IMG/VR virus record: IMGVR_UViG_3300045006_000216
Location: 1 to 32,567 of that record
Length of the DNA stretch: 32,567 nt
Strand: one strand, 5' to 3'
From: a virus
Taxonomy: Duplodnaviria > Caudoviricetes
Positions 25,770 to 32,567 of the stretch are shown piece by piece. A program made the translations under genes and the position numbers. The notes beneath the pieces are model-generated. The model was not told the origin of the DNA. It saw only the letters and a program-made list of their open reading frames with translations, and ran no database searches. Each line of letters begins with the position of its first letter. Position 1 is the stretch's first letter.

Positions 25770-28292
25770 TTATCCGATCCCTACAGAAAGGTTGAAGGCG
25801 TTCACACCTGACGCCCTGGGGTTTATTGTAATGAAGTTGGCTCCACCCAGACCAGTACCCACATTGAAACTCTCAGTTACAAAGGTAAACCCATAGGGAA
25901 TCGGCAGTGCCCCAGAGGTGTCTACCCCAGTCAGGTATGCAGGAAGGGTGAGCCTGATCCGGAGGTCGTTAGAGACGATCACCCTTCCGGACATAGGATC
26001 TCTACCCCAGGCATAGAAAGTAGAGATTGAGGGACAGACAACAAGGTAGCCGGCCAGGTTCTCGTCATTGTCTGTCATGCTTCCCTGGGGAAGGAGCCGA
26101 TTATTGTAAGTGAGAGTGGAGGCAGTAGAGCTATCAGGTCTGACAGGAGTGTATGCACCCACCTCCCCAGTCAGTGGGTGCCAGGCACCCAGACTCCACT
26201 CATAGAGGACTACCCTGACTCCATCGTCTGTCAGGGAGGAGAAGTAGTCTGCATCCTTCTCGTAGAGCCAGCAGTCTGTGACGGTGGCTATGGGCCCGAA
26301 AGAAGGCACAGAGGCATCCAGGTAGATTGTGGTGTACTCGAGATTACCCGTGTTGTCCCAGTGCTGGGTGACTTTCTGGACTCCTCTGGAGTAGGCGATA
26401 CCGTCATTACAGATGAAATAGACAGACCCGCCCTCGAACTTAGAGACAGGATCCTCGAAGACAGCTTCTGTCCTCATGCTTGCCGGTGAGACGAAGGTCC
26501 CATCACCCAGGTAAGCAGGCTGGGCAATGGCCGTAATCTCAATCTTCATGCCTCTGGTACCGAGGATCTTGTCGTGTTTCAGTACCTGGTAGGTAGTGAT
26601 CTCCTCATTTAGCAGGTCTGGAGGCAGGTCAGAGACGGAGAAGATGGTGTCGCCGCCAAGGTAGCTTATTGTATTCACTACCTTGGCAATGGAACTCCAG
26701 TCGTAGGGAGCGTTGTAAAGGCAGCTGATCTGTCCCTCTGAGTTAGTGGTGTAGGTGTAGGTGGTACCTATCCCGTTCAGGCTCCCAGGACCGGAGAGGA
26801 GAACAATCTCCAACTCGATCCCCTCCACAGGATTACCCTGTACATCATAGCCAGTAGCGGTGAGTCTGGTGCTGTCAGTCCCGTAGTAGAGAGGTCCATA
26901 GAGAGTGTCCCCGATCAGCTCGCAGTCACACTCCAGGACTACACTTGCAAGGTTCAACTCGGAGGCCGAGATCTGAACGACACTCCTGGTCTGGACATGA
27001 GAGGTGGGTCTCAGGTCAAGCCATGAGCCATTAGCAGATCTGACTGCATCGGCTACGATCTCATAACTGACCCTGGGAACAGCAGTATAGGCCACATAGA
27101 TCTCATCTGAGTCCAGGGTCCCTGCACCCTGCTTGAAACCAGTGACTGTCTCTCCCTTGCTGTGTGCTGAAGCTACTGTGCCATTACAGCCACGAACACA
27201 GTCATAGAAGGTGCTTCTACCTCTCTCGTAGTAGAAGACCTCCTCACTCCCCACCATGAGTCTCCCATATGGAGGGTAGGAGTCCGTATCCCCATGAAGG
27301 CTGTAGCAGGAGATGGTAGTAGTGTCCTCGTCTATTGCCTCAGAGAGGAAGAGAGCAGGAGGCTGGTAACCTCCGATAGTGAGGATCCCCAGATCCCTAT
27401 CGACACAGAAATGGTGGTCGGCAGGTCCACTGAAGAAGAGGTTGTCTACCTCTGTCCATTCAGTATTGGTGCCGTCGATATGTCTTACGAAGACCCTTAC
27501 GGGATCGTCTGAGAGGGGGAAGTATCTTGTGTAGGCATCTCGCCCAGCGGTATTCCCAACTCCCACATCTTCAAGAAGATCCGGAATCGTAGTAGAGTCC
27601 AGAGGCAGAGTAGTTTGTCCCACATGGATTGAATAGTCTCCGTTCAGGTAGATCTTATTGTTGACAACCGTGTACTCATGATGTCGTGGACAGAGATTGG
27701 CCCAGATGATGTTACCACTGCCGTCTACCGTACTAAGCCGAGTATTACTTCCATCTTCGAGGATCCCGGTGAAGGTCTCGACGTACTCTGGCTTGTACTT
27801 GATTCTCCGCAACTGATCTGCATCTCTCTCGAACAGGATGATCTCCAGAGTGCTGAGCTGGCAACTATCCGGTAATACCAGAGAGTTGACCCCGTTCTCC
27901 AGTCCAGTGCCGAATCTGGTCTCCTGACAATAGTCAGAAAGGAGATTATGTTCCTCCCAGTAGACGGCATACCTCCCAGTCTGGAACCTGGGAGTCCAGG
28001 TAAGTGATTCCCCAGTGCGGTAGCCCACCAAATCGTGCCAGCAGAGTCCCTGTACGACTCCAGACTGCCACAACTCCTGATAGGTGCCATCTCGGAGACC
28101 CACCACATGGCCACCAAGGACAGTCATGTACCTGGTGGAGTTGATGTCGAAGTCTTCCGGCAGTCTCCTATCCCAGATCCAGCCCCCAACCTTCTCATCT
28201 GCCCAAGGGCCAGTCAGGGAGGAGAGTGAGTAGTCATAGGTGACGTGCCCTGTGACTGTGAGAGTCTCTTCCTTGAACTCGTAGTCAGCCAT
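25770..28292 (-). CDS. baseplate/tail protein (840 aa) with bacterial Ig-like (Big-1-like) domain
   Basis: WTEVDNLFFSGPADHHFCVDRDLGIL baseplate-wedge-type motif; RGCNGTVASAHSKGETV tail motif; LTATGYDVQGNPVEG...TTNSEGQ Ig-like motif. Confidence 0.7.
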   Translation of the reverse strand: MADYEFKEETLTVTGHVTYDYSLSSLTGPWADEKVGGWIWDRRLPEDFDINSTRYMTVLGGHVVGLRDGTYQELWQSGVVQGLCWHDLVGYRTGESLTWTPRFQTGRYAVYWEEHNLLSDYCQETRFGTGLENGVNSLVLPDSCQLSTLEIILFERDADQLRRIKYKPEYVETFTGILEDGSNTRLSTVDGSGNIIWANLCPRHHEYTVVNNKIYLNGDYSIHVGQTTLPLDSTTIPDLLEDVGVGNTAGRDAYTRYFPLSDDPVRVFVRHIDGTNTEWTEVDNLFFSGPADHHFCVDRDLGILTIGGYQPPALFLSEAIDEDTTTISCYSLHGDTDSYPPYGRLMVGSEEVFYYERGRSTFYDCVRGCNGTVASAHSKGETVTGFKQGAGTLDSDEIYVAYTAVPRVSYEIVADAVRSANGSWLDLRPTSHVQTRSVVQISASELNLASVVLECDCELIGDTLYGPLYYGTDSTRLTATGYDVQGNPVEGIELEIVLLSGPGSLNGIGTTYTYTTNSEGQISCLYNAPYDWSSIAKVVNTISYLGGDTIFSVSDLPPDLLNEEITTYQVLKHDKILGTRGMKIEITAIAQPAYLGDGTFVSPASMRTEAVFEDPVSKFEGGSVYFICNDGIAYSRGVQKVTQHWDNTGNLEYTTIYLDASVPSFGPIATVTDCWLYEKDADYFSSLTDDGVRVVLYEWSLGAWHPLTGEVGAYTPVRPDSSTASTLTYNNRLLPQGSMTDNDENLAGYLVVCPSISTFYAWGRDPMSGRVIVSNDLRIRLTLPAYLTGVDTSGALPIPYGFTFVTESFNVGTGLGGANFITINPRASGVNAFNLSVGIG

Positions 28293-28293
28293 C

Positions 28294-29172
28294 TCACTCG
28301 CCCCAGTGTAATGGTGCTGCAGAGAGGAGCTCGTTCAGGAAGCCGGCTCCTGTGTGGTTCAATAGTACTCGCTCTTCCTCTCCGGTATCATCTCCGATCA
28401 GGGTTTCCTTCAGGATTACGTCAATGTCAGGGTCGTTCAGGGGGTAGCCCCGTACAGGTTGCCACCAGAGATAGTACGGGAACTTCAGGTACTCATAGAA
28501 GGCCGCCCCATCCTGGATGTCATAGCTGAAGACGACACCATTGGTTCTGTCTACGTAGTAGTCTCCACTTTCTACGATAGCATCTGCTGAGGCGACCAGG
28601 GTCTTGAGTCTATCGTATCTGCTGAAGTTGATGCTGACGATAAAGCCGTTCTTGAGCCTTGTGCATTGGGTTCTGTTCAGGAACTCTCCATGGGCATATC
28701 CAAGGGACTTGCCGATCTGGAGAAAGGAAGACTTCAGGAATTCACAATCAGGTTCAAGGATGCTGATGGTGAGGAAGGGAAGAGCCGAAAGCTGGGTGTA
28801 GACATCTCTCAGAAAGTACCCATCTCCATGGTGGAAGATGTCCAGCTCTAGCACAGGGGCCGACTCATAGTTATCCCACACTCGGAGCATAGAGCTGGAC
28901 ACTTCAACAAAAGGATATGTCGCTACAGAAGTCCCATCTGGGTTCAGCACCAGATCAATCTGGAAGACCCGCAGATCCTGCATCCCCACCATCCTGCTTG
29001 TCGATCCTGAGAAGCTCTCCCAAGAGGGGCCAGGAGGTTTCCGGAGCTGAAGCAGGAGCCTGTTTCTGTAGTCGTCGATCTCCTCCCCATCCAGTCTCTG
29101 GAGCCCGAGACGGAGTCCCAGCTCATCTAGGGAGGTAGGGAAGAGATATCTGTCGGGGGTATAGCTAGACAT
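28294..29172 (-). CDS. baseplate wedge-associated protein (292 aa)
   Basis: SLDELGLRLGLQRLDGEEIDDYRNRL is the LD-G...R..GE.D..YR.R motif of baseplate J/I-type proteins. Confidence 0.65.
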   Translation of the reverse strand: MSSYTPDRYLFPTSLDELGLRLGLQRLDGEEIDDYRNRLLLQLRKPPGPSWESFSGSTSRMVGMQDLRVFQIDLVLNPDGTSVATYPFVEVSSSMLRVWDNYESAPVLELDIFHHGDGYFLRDVYTQLSALPFLTISILEPDCEFLKSSFLQIGKSLGYAHGEFLNRTQCTRLKNGFIVSINFSRYDRLKTLVASADAIVESGDYYVDRTNGVVFSYDIQDGAAFYEYLKFPYYLWWQPVRGYPLNDPDIDVILKETLIGDDTGEEERVLLNHTGAGFLNELLSAAPLHWGE

Positions 29173-30739
29173 AACTCACCCCAACAGAGGTAAAGGGGTC
29201 TCTGAAGAACATCCTCTGCCGATCTACGTCTGCATAGTAGATGTCATACCTGGCATCCAGAATCGTGTAGTCCAGGACACTCACCACCACAAGCCTACCA
29301 TCCTGAGCAAAGTAGATCCCATCTGCCATGAGTCCCGTGTCATAACTGGCTAGAGCCATCAGACTCTCACACATGATGGCTGTGTGGGCTGTATGGGTTC
29401 CCTCAACTCCAGAGATGACAACCGTCACATAGAGATCCCACTGCCCGAGCTCGGAGGTGACCACAGAGAACTTGATGTCCTGCCAGGACTTCTCCGGGAT
29501 ATCGGTGGGCTCCCCATAGAAGGTATAGGAGCTGACTCCCCAGGTAAGGTCTGCTTGGAGGTACCTCACTACTCCAGAAGGAGAGACTCTCCTGACGACA
29601 GCAGAGGCCACCCCTGCTCCTCTCAACACCCTGAACCAAGTCCAGACAGGTACCTCTGTATTCAGGGCTACCCTGGACAGAAGGGAGATCAACTCTACAT
29701 AGGTCTCTGAATCAGGCTCTGTCCCTGGCGGAGAGAACGGAGTCAACCCGAGATCGTAGATATGGATATATCCATGTCTATCAAGGGTATAGAGCCTGCC
29801 ATCATAGGGATTGATGGCATAGTCCTCAACGACATAGGTGACTCCAGAGGAGTCGAGTAGGGACTGGGTGCAGATGTAGTCCTCGTTCTCCGGGATCAGA
29901 GCAGCCGTCTCTGTGCGTCTGTATTCTGTGCCTCTCAGAAGGAGCTTGGTAGTTGACTGCAACTCAGCCCCACCACCCCCATTAGCCACTCTGAGAAGCA
30001 AGGGCCCCTCTATGTCGATCCCGACTGCAAGCCTATAGGGATCCTCGATTACAGAGGGATTGCTGGCTCCTAGCTTGATGACGATATCACCATCAAATCC
30101 GTCCCAGTCTACCTCTGACAGGGAAGAGAAGGGGTTCAGGGTCCAATAGTCGCCATCATCGGTAATGGTGATATGTTCCCTTATCTCCTGGTGGTTCATG
30201 TCCTCCCCGGTGAGGATGACACAGTGATGGCCACCAAAACTGTAGTCGAGTTCTGTCTTGTTGTAGACATCACTGTTGGAAACAGAGACCACCAGCCTTT
30301 CTGGCTTATCGATCTGGTTGAAGGCAGTGGGAGCGGCGCTGGTCCAGACAGTCCAGGTGGTGACTGTTCCAGAGCCGACATTCACCAACCTGCTGGGAAC
30401 TCCATAGAGAAAGTCCTCAAAGTACTCTGCTCTGGTCAGGGCAAAGTCGAACACATCGGTACCAACTACTGATGTGGGGTAAGTGATCTCTGTCCGACCC
30501 CCTGTCCTTGTGATTGGGTACTCGTCCTCAGCTCCCAGGTTCAAGACCCAGAGTGTACCACTCCAGACATCTCTGGTCAGAAGGTTCAGGAGATCTCCGA
30601 TCTTGTGCTTCTCGATCCCAGTGGCCTCATACTGGTCTGCAAAGACAGAATAGATCCTCTGCCCCAGCGAAGAGGGATCGCTCCTGAGCTTGGTCCAGAT
30701 CGGGAACCGATTGGCAAAACGCTGGGTGAGGTATGACAT
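29165..30739 (-). CDS. baseplate-associated structural protein (about 524 aa)
   Basis: ATG 30739 lies 1 nt after the baseplate J stop and is preferred to 30757; acidic beta-rich protein. Confidence 0.65.
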   Translation of the reverse strand: MSYLTQRFANRFPIWTKLRSDPSSLGQRIYSVFADQYEATGIEKHKIGDLLNLLTRDVWSGTLWVLNLGAEDEYPITRTGGRTEITYPTSVVGTDVFDFALTRAEYFEDFLYGVPSRLVNVGSGTVTTWTVWTSAAPTAFNQIDKPERLVVSVSNSDVYNKTELDYSFGGHHCVILTGEDMNHQEIREHITITDDGDYWTLNPFSSLSEVDWDGFDGDIVIKLGASNPSVIEDPYRLAVGIDIEGPLLLRVANGGGGAELQSTTKLLLRGTEYRRTETAALIPENEDYICTQSLLDSSGVTYVVEDYAINPYDGRLYTLDRHGYIHIYDLGLTPFSPPGTEPDSETYVELISLLSRVALNTEVPVWTWFRVLRGAGVASAVVRRVSPSGVVRYLQADLTWGVSSYTFYGEPTDIPEKSWQDIKFSVVTSELGQWDLYVTVVISGVEGTHTAHTAIMCESLMALASYDTGLMADGIYFAQDGRLVVVSVLDYTILDARYDIYYADVDRQRMFFRDPFTSVGVSYV

Positions 30740-30740
30740 C

Positions 30741-31985
30741 TTATGCCCGGACCTCAAAGGTCACAGTCAACTCGCCAAGAGAAGCAAACTCTCCCTCAAG
30801 AAGAGTATGGGAGTTGACGATCAGTCTCTCCCTCTCAGAAGCAGAGAAGGCAGTTGTGAACCCACGCCGGATATAGGTATTGGAGAACATCAGGGACTGA
30901 TCCTTGTTCTTCATGATCCCCACCAGCCCCTGAGTGTTCTCGAGGACTCTTAGCCTCAGCTCCTCCAGATCTACTACCTCTCTAGCCTCTGCATCGCCAA
31001 GATAAGTCGCAATAGCCCGCTTGATTCCTGCCTCATAGGACCTCTGCTGGGCATCTGTGATCTCCCTGTTGGTCACGACATTCATGTCAATGTCCACATA
31101 GACCCTGATGCCTGCCGAGACGTACAACTTCAGTCCTGGAATCTGGATGGTGTCTACTCTCCTCTGAACAGCCCGAACCAGATCTGTGTTTGACTCTCCA
31201 TCAGCCCCAAACACGAAAATGCAGGCAGTCCCAATCCCATAGTACCCCTTGACCACAGAAATGTTGACTACTCCTGGCACCTCTAGACCCATGAGTTTCG
31301 CACGAATGGCGTTGTGCGAGGATAAAGTCTTGAAGGCATTGGCAAGCCTGTACCTGTAGAGCTTGTCGTCCTCAACATTCCTGCCATTGAGGACCGGGAA
31401 GTAGTTGGTGATTTTCAAGGAGTTATTGGCGACATCAGTGTAGCCAGTGAAGTTGTGTTCGATCAGGGACATAGCTCCCACGTTCTGGCTAGCTCCAATA
31501 CTTCTTGCTTGGGCTGAGATGTAGGCTAGTTTTGAGGTGGCTGGGAGGGTAACGGCAGCTGTGGTTTCGTACTCGATGGGAGTTTGGCCGGCAGGAGTAG
31601 CTCTAACACGGATGACGGTACCAGCAGGAATTGGGATTGCTGCACCACCGTTGATAGTGCCAAAGTCTGTTTCTGTGTAGAAGGCCAGGTTGCGTTCTGA
31701 AGAGTCTACTGTAGCCCTTGTAGCCTCGAGTCTATTGTATTGCCCTACTCCAAGAGATTGACCGATAGCGTCCAGATCCCTGCCGGTAGCTGTGGGAATC
31801 TGGGAGGCGAGGAAGGCAGCCCGGGTATCTTGTTTATCCCGGTAGATCTCAGCAATAACGGCATCAATCAGGGAGCGGGCAGCAGAGTCAGGGCCGTAGT
31901 TGGTGATACCTGTACGTGTCTCCATTCTCTCCCTGAATTCGTTGTAGAGAGTAGTAGTGTTCTTGACAGAGGGAGACGTAGCCAT
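30741..31985 (-). CDS. baseplate J / gp47 family wedge protein
   Basis: TATGRDLDAIG, IPAGTVI, SIGASQNVGA, NGRNVEDDKLYRYRL, EVPGVVNI...GIGT motifs. Confidence 0.9.
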   Translation of the reverse strand: MATSPSVKNTTTLYNEFRERMETRTGITNYGPDSAARSLIDAVIAEIYRDKQDTRAAFLASQIPTATGRDLDAIGQSLGVGQYNRLEATRATVDSSERNLAFYTETDFGTINGGAAIPIPAGTVIRVRATPAGQTPIEYETTAAVTLPATSKLAYISAQARSIGASQNVGAMSLIEHNFTGYTDVANNSLKITNYFPVLNGRNVEDDKLYRYRLANAFKTLSSHNAIRAKLMGLEVPGVVNISVVKGYYGIGTACIFVFGADGESNTDLVRAVQRRVDTIQIPGLKLYVSAGIRVYVDIDMNVVTNREITDAQQRSYEAGIKRAIATYLGDAEAREVVDLEELRLRVLENTQGLVGIMKNKDQSLMFSNTYIRRGFTTAFSASERERLIVNSHTLLEGEFASLGELTVTFEVRA

Positions 31986-32438
31986 TTAGAGGTTCCTCGC
32001 GATCAGCTTATTGTCTCTCATATCATAGGAGAACTGCACTGCCACTGGCTGAGTAGAGTCCGGGTGTTTGGCAAGCACAATGATAGCTACAGCATTCTGG
32101 GCTGCTGGGACGATCACCACGCTGGGATTGCATCTCCGGAGCAGATCGTTCCTATTGAACTCTGACATGATGCGGTCCTTCATCTCTGTGGCCGTAGCTT
32201 TGGTGTTGGGCATGCCTAGGAATCTTGCCAGTCCGACTCCCATCTCTTTTGCCATAGGCCAGTCTCCAGGAGAACTGGACATCAGCTTCAGGATGGTCTG
32301 TAACAGGAGTCTCTGCTCGGAGCTGGTAGTGGTTTCCAGCTCCTTGTTCTCTCCAAGCCTGAAGTCTCCGTTGCTTGTGAAGAAGAGGTCTTTCGAGTAC
32401 AGATCTGATTGCAGTCCTGAACGCAGTCTGTTCACCAT
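31986..32438 (-). CDS. baseplate wedge protein, gp25/gpW-like
   Basis: DL...GDF...LLQTILKLMSSSPGDWPMAKEMGVGLARFLGMPN pattern; directly upstream of baseplate J; AGGAGG RBS. Confidence 0.75.
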   Translation of the reverse strand: MVNRLRSGLQSDLYSKDLFFTSNGDFRLGENKELETTTSSEQRLLLQTILKLMSSSPGDWPMAKEMGVGLARFLGMPNTKATATEMKDRIMSEFNRNDLLRRCNPSVVIVPAAQNAVAIIVLAKHPDSTQPVAVQFSYDMRDNKLIARNL

Positions 32439-32447
32439 TTTGTCCTC

Positions 32448-32567
32448 CTACAGCACAAAGGCACTGCACAGAGCAGCTGTCCTGGCGATTACTGGAAGGT
32501 AAGGACCAAGAGGGATCGCAGGAAGCTGCTTGGGAGGGGCAAGCATTGAGGGAAGCAGGGAGAGGGG
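32448..32567 (-). CDS. 3' end of an upstream gene (truncated by the window)
   Basis: Open frame from 32567, PLSLLPSMLAPPKQLPAIPLGPYLPVIARTAALCSAFVL*, whose TAG overlaps the RBS of the gp25-like gene. Confidence 0.55.
   Translation of the reverse strand, partial: PLSLLPSMLAPPKQLPAIPLGPYLPVIARTAALCSAFVL

Noticed and set aside
25770-32438. Extracellular contractile injection system or tailocin rather than a phage
   Set aside because: The adjacent helicase, ThyX, resolvase and phage-style gene packing favour a genuine phage genome.
1-32567. Stop-codon reassignment
   Set aside because: Genes tile the window almost completely under the standard code, and TAA, TAG and TGA are all used as stops abutting the next start.

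Overview
This is a 32.6 kb, nearly fully coding segment of a large tailed phage with a contractile (myovirus-type) baseplate. Two convergent blocks meet at about 8.73 kb. The plus strand (1-8736) is a replication and accessory block: the 3' part of a DnaB-like helicase, ThyX, a cupin, a membrane-anchored spanin-like protein, a degenerate Cas4/AddB-like protein, a DUF559-like nuclease, a ClpP-like protein, a Holliday junction resolvase, a probable divergent sigma-70-like factor, small coiled-coil proteins and a FkbM-family methyltransferase. The minus strand (32567 to 8723) is one tightly packed, largely translationally coupled late operon: gp25-like and baseplate J-like genes, nine further virion/tail genes (three look like tandem paralogues), then with no break a GT9-GT4 double glycosyltransferase, GDP-mannose 4,6-dehydratase (gmd) and a sulfotransferase. 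The best candidate for a new system is this glycan build-and-decorate cassette (deoxysugar synthesis, two transferase domains, sulfation, methylation) attached to the end of the virion operon, which suggests a sulfated/methylated virion glycan. I saw no tRNA, rRNA, CRISPR array, integrase or transposase. All calls come from motif recognition by eye; no database searches were run.
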